A stretch of 64,000 nucleotides of DNA from Dehalococcoidales bacterium (GCA_034430575.1 DAOUDZ010000015.1:1639-65638); one strand, 5' to 3'. Numbered from the stretch's first letter, positions 8,837-17,687 are shown. Notes: generated from the sequence alone by a model not told the origin. Numbers and translations are program-made.

Positions 8837-9889
8837 ATGAGCTTACCGTGCGGGACGCGTAACCATAACTACGCTGAAGACATGGCTATAGTGCGCACCA
8901 AGACCCACTGGGTGCTGCTCATCGGCCTTCTCGTTATTATCTTCACGGCGCCGCTGTATTTCAGCAACTACTGGCTGGGAGTCTTCAATCTTATCGGCAT
9001 TACCCTCATCGCCGCTATCGGACTGAACATACTGGTCGGCTACTGCGGTCAATTATCAATCGGACATGCCGGCTTCATCGCCGTGGGAGCTTATACTGCC
9101 GCCATACTGACCAACCGACTGGAAATGCCTTTCCTGGTGGGACTCATCGGCGCCGGCGTTGTCTCCGGGTTAATCGGCATTATCTTCGGTTTACCATCGG
9201 TACGCGTCAAGGGATTTTACCTTGCCATTACTACTATCGCCGCCCAGTTTATCATCATATGGGTCATCAACCACTGGGGTTTTACCGGCGGCTTCCTCGG
9301 TATCAAGGTGCCCTATGCTTCCATAGGGGGGCTGGTCTTCCGCAGCGAATCGAGCCAGTTTTATCTTATTATTATTATTGCCGCTCTGTGTGTTTTCTTT
9401 GCCAAGAACCTGACCAGGACAAAGGTAGGCAGGGCATTCATCGCCATCCGCGATAACGACCTTGCCGCCGAGGTTATGGGCGTGAATCTCCTTTATTACA
9501 AGCTGCTGGCCTTCTTCATCGGCTGCTTCTTCGCTGGTATCGCCGGGGCTCTGCTCGCCCACTGGATAGGATTCCTCAACGCCGAGCAGTTCAGCTTTAC
9601 GGAGTCGATTCTTTACGTCGGCATGATTATCATCGGCGGATTGGGCACTTCCATAGGCCCCATCTTCGGCGTGGTTTTTATCAGAATTCTGCAGCAATTA
9701 CTTACCGTGGAGCTGGTTCCCTTTTTGGAGAGCTCGTTTACCATGTTTCCCTCGGGATTTGCCACCGGCGTTACCCCGATGCTCTTCGGGCTGGTAATAG
9801 TGCTTTTCCTGATACTGGAACCGAGGGGATTGGCCCACCGCTGGGCGTTATTTAAGTCGGCCTATCGCCTGTGGCCGTTTTCATATTAA
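8837..9889 (+). CDS. livM: Branched-chain amino acid-type ABC transporter permease (LivM family)
   Basis: Multi-TM protein of 350 aa. GQLSIGHAGFIAVGAYT motif. Confidence 0.8.
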   Translation: MSLPCGTRNHNYAEDMAIVRTKTHWVLLIGLLVIIFTAPLYFSNYWLGVFNLIGITLIAAIGLNILVGYCGQLSIGHAGFIAVGAYTAAILTNRLEMPFLVGLIGAGVVSGLIGIIFGLPSVRVKGFYLAITTIAAQFIIIWVINHWGFTGGFLGIKVPYASIGGLVFRSESSQFYLIIIIAALCVFFAKNLTRTKVGRAFIAIRDNDLAAEVMGVNLLYYKLLAFFIGCFFAGIAGALLAHWIGFLNAEQFSFTESILYVGMIIIGGLGTSIGPIFGVVFIRILQQLLTVELVPFLESSFTMFPSGFATGVTPMLFGLVIVLFLILEPRGLAHRWALFKSAYRLWPFSY

Positions 9890-9974
9890 ATACAAAGTAT
9901 AAGGGGGTATGGGGTATGTAGTTCACAGATGGCAACCAGAACAACGAACTGATAAATATTAAGAGGAGGGAAAA

Positions 9975-11240
9975 ATGAAAAACAGGACGTTAATTATCAC
10001 CACAATCGTATGCCTCGCGCTAATAATTGCGGTAATGCCCTTGGTCAGCGCCTGTGGTGAACCCAGTACGGAGGGTAAAACACTGAAAGTAGGCATCACC
10101 ACGCCGACGACCGGACCCGCTGCCGAGAAGGGTGCCCCCATGGGGCATGCCAACCTTGACTGTATCAAATACATCAATGAAGAACTCGGTGGTGTGGAAG
10201 GATACCAGATTGAGGTCATCTGGCGAGACAACGGTTACGATGCGGCCAAGATAGTTACCATTGTCAAGAACTTCATGGATGAGGGCTGTCTGATGTATAC
10301 TACATCCTCTTCGGCCATGATGACGGCTTCCATGGAGATTGCCAACCGGGCCGGATTCCCCGGTATGGCCGCCTTCTCCTCGCCGATTATCTACCGGCCT
10401 CCGCAGCATATTTACGGTCAGATGCCCGATTACGGCGATGACTTCCTGGTGTTCGCCAAGTATTACATGGATAACATCTGGAAAGGTGAAGGCAAACCCA
10501 AGATGGCGATGCACCTGCTGAACAACTCCACCGGCTATGGCGCCAAGGACGCCGCCACGGCTTATGCCGCCGACATGGGTATTGAGATTGTGGCTACCGA
10601 AGAACATTCCAAGACCACAACCTCCGAGATGGAATCCCTGACCCGAATCAAGGCGTTAAATCCCGATGTCCTTTACATCTCCAGCACACCGGCACCGACG
10701 GCGATAGTCGTTAAGAACGCCTACGAACTGGACATGTTCCCCGGCATCACTATCGGCTCGGGCCACGCCGGCTACACCAAGGCGCTGATTGATATTGCCG
10801 GAGCTGATGTTACTGAAGGTGTTTATGGCGTGTTCCCCACGGTAAACTGGGGCGATGATGTTCCCGCTATGGCCAAGATGACGGAATACATGGAGAAAAA
10901 CCACCCCAAGGACGCCGGCAACATGGACTACATCACGTGCTGGGCACAGAGCCTTATCATAGCGGAAATTCTCAAAGAAGCCGTCAAGAATGCCGGATAT
11001 GATGTTCTCGCCAAGGGCGACGCCGAATCATGGAAAGCCCTGGAGGAACAGGGCATTCAGAAGCTAAATAACTATGATGTCGATGGACTGCACGGCCCGG
11101 TAAGCTATTCGGAAGATGATAACCGCCTGTCGAAATCGGTACGCGTCTTCCAGGTCCAAAGCGGCAATATCGTACCGCTGACCGACTGGATTGATGCGCC
11201 GGCAGTCAGGTACGAAGACTTCGATTGGTTTGGCAAGTAA
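9975..11240 (+). CDS. ABC transporter substrate-binding lipoprotein (Leu/Ile/Val-binding family)
   Basis: Signal peptide with lipobox LVSAC. LKVGITTPTTGPAAEKG is typical of Peripla_BP_6 proteins. Confidence 0.8.
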   Translation: MKNRTLIITTIVCLALIIAVMPLVSACGEPSTEGKTLKVGITTPTTGPAAEKGAPMGHANLDCIKYINEELGGVEGYQIEVIWRDNGYDAAKIVTIVKNFMDEGCLMYTTSSSAMMTASMEIANRAGFPGMAAFSSPIIYRPPQHIYGQMPDYGDDFLVFAKYYMDNIWKGEGKPKMAMHLLNNSTGYGAKDAATAYAADMGIEIVATEEHSKTTTSEMESLTRIKALNPDVLYISSTPAPTAIVVKNAYELDMFPGITIGSGHAGYTKALIDIAGADVTEGVYGVFPTVNWGDDVPAMAKMTEYMEKNHPKDAGNMDYITCWAQSLIIAEILKEAVKNAGYDVLAKGDAESWKALEEQGIQKLNNYDVDGLHGPVSYSEDDNRLSKSVRVFQVQSGNIVPLTDWIDAPAVRYEDFDWFGK

Positions 11241-11250
11241 CACGTAGAAC

Positions 11251-11274
11251 GGGGCTCCGCCGCGGCGGAGCCCC
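11251..11274 (+). other. GC-rich intercistronic stem-loop after the binding-protein gene
   Basis: GGGGCTCCGCC-GC-GGCGGAGCCCC, with 11-nt complementary arms. There is no T-run, so it is not a classic terminator. Confidence 0.5.
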
Positions 11275-11297
11275 CACCCATCAGGGGAGAATCAAAT

Positions 11298-12089
11298 ATG
11301 CTCAAACTGAACAACATTGAGGTTACCTATCTCAATGTCATAAGGGTATTGCACGGCGTATCCATGGCCATGGAAGACGGCGCAATAATCGCGCTCCTCG
11401 GGGCCAACGGCGCCGGCAAGAGCACCACCCTCAAAGCGATATCGGGGCTGCTCCACATCGAGGAGGGGGAGGTGACCGACGGCAGCATCGAGTGGAACGG
11501 CGAGAGAATAGATAAGAAAAACGCCGAAGAGATAGGGAAACTGGGTATCATCCAGGCACTGGAAGGCCGCCACGTCTTCGAGCACCTCAATACCGAGGAG
11601 AACCTGATAGTCGGCGCGCATAACCGCCGCGACCGCTCCGCGGTCAGGCAGGACCTGGATATGGTCTACGACTACTTTCCCCGCCTTAAGGACCTGCGCC
11701 GGAATACGGCCGGCTACCTTTCCGGCGGGGAGCAGCAAATGCTCGTCATCGGCCGGGCGATGATGGCTACCCCCAAGCTGATGATGCTGGACGAGCCTTC
11801 GCTGGGACTGGCGCCGCTGCTGGTCGAGGAAATATACGATATTATCCGGCGGTTTAATACCGAGCAAAATACTTCGGTCCTGCTCGTGGAGCAGAATGTC
11901 CGGATTGCCCTGAGCATCGCCGATTACGGCTACGTCATGGAGAACGGGCGGGTCGTGCTCGACGGCACCGCCGATTTCCTTAAAAACAACGAGGACGTAA
12001 AAGAGTTTTATATGGGACTTTCGTCGCTGGGCACCAAGAAAAGCTACCGCGAAGTGAAGCACTACAAGAGGAGAAAGAGATGGCTGTAA
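11298..12089 (+). CDS. livF: ABC transporter ATP-binding protein (LivF family)
   Basis: Walker A GANGAGKST, signature LSGGEQQML, Walker B LMMLDEPS. Confidence 0.85.
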   Translation: MLKLNNIEVTYLNVIRVLHGVSMAMEDGAIIALLGANGAGKSTTLKAISGLLHIEEGEVTDGSIEWNGERIDKKNAEEIGKLGIIQALEGRHVFEHLNTEENLIVGAHNRRDRSAVRQDLDMVYDYFPRLKDLRRNTAGYLSGGEQQMLVIGRAMMATPKLMMLDEPSLGLAPLLVEEIYDIIRRFNTEQNTSVLLVEQNVRIALSIADYGYVMENGRVVLDGTADFLKNNEDVKEFYMGLSSLGTKKSYREVKHYKRRKRWL

Positions 12090-13357
12090 AGAAGGATGAG
12101 TTCTTCGACGAACTGGAAACGATGTCAGCGGCAGCCCGGGAGCAATATCTCAACCGCAAGCTGGCAGAGCATATACACCATGCTTATAAACATTCTCCCG
12201 CCGTGAAAAGACTCCTCGACCGGGCCGGGGTCATCCCCGACCAGATTCGCACGGTAAAAGACATGGAAAAGCTGCCCGTTACCCGTAAGACCGACCTCCT
12301 GGAGATGCAGAAGGAGAATCTGCCTTACGGGGGAGCCGCCGCCGCACCTCTGGAAGACATCGAGCGCGTATTTATATCCCCCGGCCCGATTTACGAGATT
12401 CAACCTTCCAGCATCAAATGGTTCGCCAAGTCGTTCTGGGCGGCCGGGTTCAGGAAGGGCGACGTAGCTATAAACACCTTCACCTACCACATGTCTCCCG
12501 CGGGCATTCTCTTCCACGAAGGCATACGCGACTGCGGAGCGACGGTGGTCGTGGCCGGCACCGGTAATACCGACCTCCAGATACAGATAATGAAGGACCT
12601 CAAAGTAACCTGCTTCGTGGGCACGCCCAGCTTCCTGATGGCCGTTATCAATCGGGCCGAGGAAATGGACTTTAACCTTAAAAAGGATTTCTCCTTAAAG
12701 CGCGCCTGGTTTACCGGTGAGATGCTGCCGCCTTCCCTCCGCAAGACCTTCGAGGGGGACTACGATATTGATACGTACCAGGCCTACGCCGTCACCGAGC
12801 CGGGCGGCGCCATCGCTTACGAGTGTCACCAGAAGTCCGGGATGCACCTCATGGATGAGTATGTTACCGAGATAGTCGACCCCGAGACGGGGAAACAGCT
12901 GGGCCCCGGCGAAATCGGAGAAATAGTCACCACGCAGCTGTTTAATAAGGACTGGGGACTTATCCGATTCGGCACCGGTGACCTTTCCTCGTATGTTACG
13001 GGAAAATGCCCCTGCGGCCGGACGGCTCACCGGATTACGGGCATCGTCGGCAGGGCAGGGGACGCCGTCAAGGTACGGGGTATGTTTGTCGTGGCCAAAC
13101 AGGCGGAGCAGGCGATTACCGGCTTCAGCCAAGTCAACCGGTACCAGCTGGTCGTGGGTCGTCGTCAGCACCGCGACGAGATAACTCTCAAGCTAGAGTT
13201 GAAAGACACCAGTGCGGATAAGGCAAAATTTACCGAAGGCATTAATAAAAAATTCCAGGACACCTGTCGCATCAAGATAGATAAAATAGAATTCGTTGAG
13301 CAGGGCAGCATACCGGAGGACAGGCAGGGGATTACCGACGAGCGGAAGTGGGAATAA
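12080..13357 (+). CDS. Phenylacetate-CoA ligase (PaaK)-like adenylate-forming enzyme with a non-canonical P-loop region
   Basis: PaaK-like core motifs are present: YAVTEPGG, RFGTGDL, GRAGDAVKVRGMFV. Where PaaK has SSGTTGKP, this protein reads FISPGPIYE. Overlaps the livF stop by 10 nt. Confidence 0.6.
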   Translation: MAVKKDEFFDELETMSAAAREQYLNRKLAEHIHHAYKHSPAVKRLLDRAGVIPDQIRTVKDMEKLPVTRKTDLLEMQKENLPYGGAAAAPLEDIERVFISPGPIYEIQPSSIKWFAKSFWAAGFRKGDVAINTFTYHMSPAGILFHEGIRDCGATVVVAGTGNTDLQIQIMKDLKVTCFVGTPSFLMAVINRAEEMDFNLKKDFSLKRAWFTGEMLPPSLRKTFEGDYDIDTYQAYAVTEPGGAIAYECHQKSGMHLMDEYVTEIVDPETGKQLGPGEIGEIVTTQLFNKDWGLIRFGTGDLSSYVTGKCPCGRTAHRITGIVGRAGDAVKVRGMFVVAKQAEQAITGFSQVNRYQLVVGRRQHRDEITLKLELKDTSADKAKFTEGINKKFQDTCRIKIDKIEFVEQGSIPEDRQGITDERKWE

Positions 13358-13369
13358 GGCGAACGGCGG

Positions 13370-14221
13370 CTACTTCTTTTCCTCGCCGAGGTAAGCGGCG
13401 ATAACTTCAGGGTTATTTTTAATTTCTTCAGGCGTGCCCTCGGCAATCTTACGGCCAAAATCAAGAACGATGATACGGTCGGCGATGTCCATGACCACCC
13501 CCATATCATGTTCGACAAGAACAATGCAGCTGACACCGTCCTGTAAAACGGGTGTATCCGGATAGGTGACACCCTGACCCTCAAAGATATCAATGATGAA
13601 GCGGGCGATATCCTCTTTTTCCTCGAGGTTCATGCCCGCCATCGGTTCATCAAGGAGTAAAACCTTTGGCTCCAGGGCTAAGGCCCTTCCCAATTCCACG
13701 CGTTTGCGCATTCCGTAGGGTAGAACGCCGACGGTTGTCTTGCGAATCGATTCTATTTCCAGAAAATCGATTATATCTTCCACGGTCTTTCGATGAGTAA
13801 TTTCTTCCTTGTGCGCCCACCCAAAATATAGGGCGCTGCCGAGCGCGTTCTGGTTCATCAGCACATGGCGGGCTGCCATAATGTTATCCAGGGTGCTCAA
13901 CCCGGTATAAAGCTCGATGTTCTGGAAGGTCCTGGCGAGACCCATTCTGGCAGCCTTATCGGGGCGTACGCGGGTAATTCTCCTGCCCTCGAAGTAGATA
14001 TCACCCTGCTGCGGCTTGTAAAAACCGTTGATACAGTTTAGCAGGCAGGTCTTACCGGCGCCGTTGGGTCCGATTATAGCCAGGATTTCTTTATCCCTGA
14101 TATCAACATTGATATCAATCAGGGACCTGACACCGCCGAAGGAGAGTGAAAGGTTTTCAATCTTTATCTTGGCCTCGTCGGGGCTGCTTTGTTTAGTATT
14201 ATCTTTATCTGATATCGTCAC
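13370..14221 (-). CDS. livG: ABC transporter ATP-binding protein (LivG family)
   Basis: Walker A GPNGAGKT, and LLLDEPMAGMN. Has the LivG-type C-terminal extension. GTG start overlaps the upstream stop (GTGA). Confidence 0.85.
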   Translation of the reverse strand: MTISDKDNTKQSSPDEAKIKIENLSLSFGGVRSLIDINVDIRDKEILAIIGPNGAGKTCLLNCINGFYKPQQGDIYFEGRRITRVRPDKAARMGLARTFQNIELYTGLSTLDNIMAARHVLMNQNALGSALYFGWAHKEEITHRKTVEDIIDFLEIESIRKTTVGVLPYGMRKRVELGRALALEPKVLLLDEPMAGMNLEEKEDIARFIIDIFEGQGVTYPDTPVLQDGVSCIVLVEHDMGVVMDIADRIIVLDFGRKIAEGTPEEIKNNPEVIAAYLGEEKK

Positions 14222-14463
14222 TTCTTACCCAACAAACTAGCCTTGTATTCCGTTACCCTGAAACACTCCAACCCCTGGCACTCAATCTGCTTGCCAGACC
14301 GCTGGCTTTTCTTTTTCATTTCTTTAGCCGTTTCTTTGCCGGGCTTTAAGTATCTCTGGTGGCCGGTACATTTTACCGTGCCATCCGCCGATACTATCAA
14401 TGTTACTTCATCATCAACGGCGTCGCAGTAAATAGTCGTAGCGGTAACTTGCCAGTCGGCCAT
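14218..14463 (-). CDS. Small hypothetical protein with four Cys, translationally coupled to livG
   Basis: 81 aa. Cys at positions 13, 32, 62 and 67, with a basic linker. Its stop overlaps the livG GTG start. Confidence 0.5.
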   Translation of the reverse strand: MADWQVTATTIYCDAVDDEVTLIVSADGTVKCTGHQRYLKPGKETAKEMKKKSQRSGKQIECQGLECFRVTEYKASLLGKK

Positions 14464-14653
14464 GTTCAGAGTCGATTCTCCCGATTTTTGCTTAACCTAT
14501 ATTACTATTATTCAGGCTGTAATTCAAACACTAGGGACACAAATTTACATAATACAAACACTTTTTTATTATGCCCCCGGCATTTCCCGAGACTTTCCTT
14601 AAAATACGCCTAATTACAACGTTTGTGCGGGATAACAGAGAATTTATTATCCC

Positions 14654-14683
14654 TTGATATTGAGGGTGCGGTCAGAGTAAAAT
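14654..14683 (+). promoter_or_regulatory. Candidate sigma70-type promoter for tRNA-Met
   Basis: TTGATA (14654-14659), 18-nt spacer, TAAAAT (14678-14683). About 60 nt upstream of the tRNA. Confidence 0.3.
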
Positions 14684-14742
14684 AATGAGACGGGCAGGGG
14701 AGTTATTGGGGAGAAGAGTGCCCGTAAACCCGGGCTAAACAG

Positions 14743-14814
14743 GGGCTCGTAGCTCAGCGGCAGAGCGGCCGGCTCATAACCGGTTGGTCGTAGGTTCGAA
14801 TCCTACCGAGCCCA
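14743..14814 (+). tRNA. tRNA with CAT anticodon (elongator Met, or Ile2 if lysidinylated); no encoded CCA
   Basis: Acceptor stem GGGCTCG/CGAGCCC. Anticodon loop CTCATAA. T-arm GGTTCGAATCC. The anticodon stem lacks the three G-C pairs of an initiator tRNA. Confidence 0.85.
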
Positions 14815-14823
14815 CTTTTGAGG

Positions 14824-15237
14824 CTAATTCTCCAGTAAAGCCGCCAAATCCACACCTTGTTTGTCCTCCGCCACGGCGTACTTAAGGTAATCCAGGCTTA
14901 TGGTATATCCCTCGTAGTGCTGCCGGTCGAAACGCGGTATTCCCCAGTCGTAAGCGATGTCATTGTCGCCGGATTCTACCAGCAGCCAGACATGGTTGCA
15001 CTCCATATACTCTTCGCCATCCATGTCCAGGTTGCCCACAATCGGTATCGAATCGATTCCCAGTCCCTCGAAGTACCGGTACATTCTTAACGTGCCGTCA
15101 TCGCAATCGAACGCTGGTGAAGGCTCCGGAAGAGCCGGGAAAATAACCGGACTTAACCGGGGCAATGTAAGCATTATAATCATTGCGATAAAGGCGAAAG
15201 TCACGATTTTAAAGATGCCGCCGCTGAAATTCCCCAT
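14824..15237 (-). CDS. Membrane-anchored hypothetical protein, possible transglutaminase-like Cys-His-Asp fold
   Basis: N-terminal TM helix. Spacing is FDCDDG...GLGIDSIPIVG...CNHVWLLV...IAYDWG, reminiscent of a transglutaminase core. Confidence 0.4.
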   Translation of the reverse strand: MGNFSGGIFKIVTFAFIAMIIMLTLPRLSPVIFPALPEPSPAFDCDDGTLRMYRYFEGLGIDSIPIVGNLDMDGEEYMECNHVWLLVESGDNDIAYDWGIPRFDRQHYEGYTISLDYLKYAVAEDKQGVDLAALLEN

Positions 15238-15287
15238 ACTATTTTCATTATATTAAAGCCCGGCGGCATGGCGAATAGGTTTTTATT

Positions 15288-15320
15288 AAGGTTTGATAAA
15301 GGTTTGATTAAGGTTTCATA
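15288..15320. repeat. Three head-to-tail 11-nt repeats: AAGGTTTGATA / AAGGTTTGATT / AAGGTTTCATA
   Basis: Read directly from the sequence. Bracketed by a 12-nt direct repeat AAAGCCCGGCGG at 15255-15266 and 15320-15331. Confidence 0.8.
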
Positions 15321-15393
15321 AAGCCCGGCGGTCAGGTTTGCGAAAAAGGCTCCGACTGCCTATACTAATTGGGTAGCAAAGGAGGTACTCGAC

Positions 15394-15963
15394 ATGAAGG
15401 TTCTGGGAATTGTCGGCAGCCCACGCAAGGGCGGTAATACCGAGATAATGATAGAGGAGGCCCTGGCGGCGGCGCGAGAGCTTGGGGCGGAAACGGATAC
15501 CTTTCTGGTATACGATAAGAATATCGCGGGATGTGACGGCTGTCATAGCTGCTTTAAGACGGGCAAGTGCAAGATAAACGACGATATGCAGTCGTTATAT
15601 CCCAAAATGGAGGCGGCGGACGCGATACTTTTCGGGAGTCCGGTCTATTTCAATTATGTCACCGCGCAGGCAAAAGCCATCATCGACCGCACGTTCTGTT
15701 ACCTGAAGGACCACCCGTTGAAGGGAAAAGTGGCGGCTTCCGTTCTCACATTAAGGAAGATAGGCGGCGGTCAAACACGCGTACAGCTTTACGGCTGGTT
15801 TATGTCCCAGGGGATGGTGCCGGTGCAGGGGGCAATTGGTTACGGACGCGAAAAAGGCGATGTTAAAACCGGAGAGGGGGCCGGCATCGGCACTACGGCG
15901 CTGGAGGAGGCCCGCGCCGCCGGTAAAGATGTTGTGGAGATGGTAAAAAAGCTGGGCGGATAA
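15394..15963 (+). CDS. Flavodoxin-like fold FMN reductase / iron-sulfur flavoprotein-like
   Basis: MKVLGIVGSPRKGGNT, and the compact Cys cluster CDGCHSCFKTGKC. RBS AAGGAGG. Confidence 0.75.
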   Translation: MKVLGIVGSPRKGGNTEIMIEEALAAARELGAETDTFLVYDKNIAGCDGCHSCFKTGKCKINDDMQSLYPKMEAADAILFGSPVYFNYVTAQAKAIIDRTFCYLKDHPLKGKVAASVLTLRKIGGGQTRVQLYGWFMSQGMVPVQGAIGYGREKGDVKTGEGAGIGTTALEEARAAGKDVVEMVKKLGG

Positions 15964-16122
15964 AAATTAATACATTACCTCAGGGTATTTTAAAAATCCG
16001 GGAGAAATAAGCAGGGGAGCACCCGTTGTTATTATGTAAATTACTTATTCTACGTGTGTAACACTACATAACATATATTGTGCGCCCCAGATATTTTGCT
16101 CTTTAGAGGTTGACATAATTAA

Positions 16123-16644
16123 TTGAATAATTTGCGAACTCATAGACATCGCGACGACCTTACCGGCGAACATAAACTCGGCGATGCAGGTCAGGCTATA
16201 CTCTTTATTCTCTTCCTGGCCGTGTGGATAACCGACGCCTTCTTTTTCAAATACTCCACTCTTCTCGACGATTACATTCCGTTCTTCGCTGTCAGATTAC
16301 CGCTCGGGATTATCGTGTTAATTATCTCGGCTTACCTGGCGTTGACCGGCCTGACTATAGTTTTCGTCCAGGTTAGAGAAAAACCGCACGTTATCAGGAA
16401 GAGCGTCTTCGGGTTCGTCCGGCACCCGATATACATCGGCGAGATACTGCTTTACCTGGGAATGCTCCTGTACAGTACGTCGCTGGCGGGCCTGGCGGTA
16501 TTGATTATTATCATCGCCTTTCTGCATTACCTCTCGCGCTGTGAAGAGAGGATGCTGCTGGCGCGTTTCGGCGAGGATTATAAACAGTACATACGGGACG
16601 TGCCGATGTACTTTCCGCGACTCCGCCGGAAACCCTCAAAATAA
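16123..16644 (+). CDS. Isoprenylcysteine carboxyl / phospholipid methyltransferase family membrane protein
   Basis: Multi-TM protein. C-terminal motif FVRHPIYIGEILLYLG...EERMLLARFGEDY. TTG start. Confidence 0.7.
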   Translation: MNNLRTHRHRDDLTGEHKLGDAGQAILFILFLAVWITDAFFFKYSTLLDDYIPFFAVRLPLGIIVLIISAYLALTGLTIVFVQVREKPHVIRKSVFGFVRHPIYIGEILLYLGMLLYSTSLAGLAVLIIIIAFLHYLSRCEERMLLARFGEDYKQYIRDVPMYFPRLRRKPSK

Positions 16645-16687
16645 ACAATCCCGCGATATTTTCCACGGAAAATATTATCAAGGCGCT

Positions 16688-16699
16688 CAGATTTCGATT
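16688..16699. repeat. Direct repeat CAGATTTCGATT, left copy
   Basis: An identical 12-mer recurs at 17688-17699. Each copy abuts the stop codon of a minus-strand ORF. Confidence 0.85.
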
Positions 16700-17233
16700 T
16701 CAGGGCTTGGTTTTTCTAGATTCGGAGACCATATTAAGTAAATTACGAATGTTCTGCTCTAAAACACTATTGTTGGCTATTAGAATTCCTTTTGCTTCTT
16801 CACTCTCATCATATGGTACTCCTTGTTTTAAAACGTTAATAACGACATTAAGGGAGTTTAAAATATTATTCACAGCATCACCTAACTCTTGATTAATTGA
16901 CAACGCAGATTGTTTAATTATTCCTTTTCCTTTGACTTCAAGTAATTGACATCCTAATAATCTATTCACATTAGCAAGTCTTCCCTGTATTACTTTGCTT
17001 GGTGCAGCTGTAATTTCTCCACCAAAATTAACTCTTGTAACATTTTCTGCCCACTCAATAATCTCATTTAATAATTTCTCTTTACGTTCTTTTTTCTGTA
17101 GACTTTGAGTATACAAAATAGATGCAACACCTATTCCTAATGCTACTAGGACTGCTCCAAGGGTTATCCAATCTCCTACATCCATACCCCCATTATACCT
17201 TAATAAGTCAAGTGTATTATGTAAACTTATCAC
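16700..17233 (-). CDS. Hypothetical single-TM protein in an AT-rich segment
   Basis: 177 aa. TM helix WITLGAVLVALGIGVASILY followed by a helical domain. Composition is clearly more AT-rich than the neighbouring genes. Confidence 0.5.
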   Translation of the reverse strand: MISLHNTLDLLRYNGGMDVGDWITLGAVLVALGIGVASILYTQSLQKKERKEKLLNEIIEWAENVTRVNFGGEITAAPSKVIQGRLANVNRLLGCQLLEVKGKGIIKQSALSINQELGDAVNNILNSLNVVINVLKQGVPYDESEEAKGILIANNSVLEQNIRNLLNMVSESRKTKP

Positions 17234-17251
17234 CTGCCCGTATTTTCAGGT

Positions 17252-17278
17252 CTGGATTCCCGCTTTCGCTGGAATGAC
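17252..17278. repeat. REP-like palindromic element CTGGATTCCCGCTTTCGCTGGAATGAC (copy 1 of 3)
   Basis: The same 27-nt unit occurs at 59715-59741 and 62061-62087 with 1-3 substitutions. Confidence 0.8.
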
Positions 17279-17479
17279 GTCATAGCGGGGTGTTTAAGAG
17301 GGGCGGTTTCTTAAATCCCTCTTAATCTCCCTTTACGAAAGGGAGAAAGATATTGCAGGATGTAATAGTGTACTGATTCTCGGGCAGTTCGGGAATGCTC
17401 CCGCCCCCTCACCTAGATTCTTCGCTACACTCAGACTGACAGGGGAGAGCGCTCAGAATGACAGAAGTGAGTTGTTTAG

Positions 17480-17548
17480 GAGGGGTGTAAGCCCCTCTTT
17501 CTAATACTTTTCCCCCTCTCCTGCTGAAAGCCTTGTCAGGAGAGGGGG
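17480..17548. repeat. Intergenic hairpin elements (GAGGGG-loop-CCCCTC, and CCCCCTCTCCTG...CAGGAGAGGGGG)
   Basis: 12-bp inverted repeat with arms at 17512-17523 and 17537-17548. Related hairpins occur at 60325-60361 and 63774-63799. Confidence 0.75.
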
Positions 17549-17687
17549 ACCAAGGGGGTGAGGTTCAATGATATCAGGGGGGAATAACGGGGGACGTGTC
17601 GCCAAAAAACTAAAACTGTAAAGCCCTGTAATCCACCGCAGGGCCGGTCAAAAGGTAAAATTCCCTTAACCAGACCCTTAAAACGCC

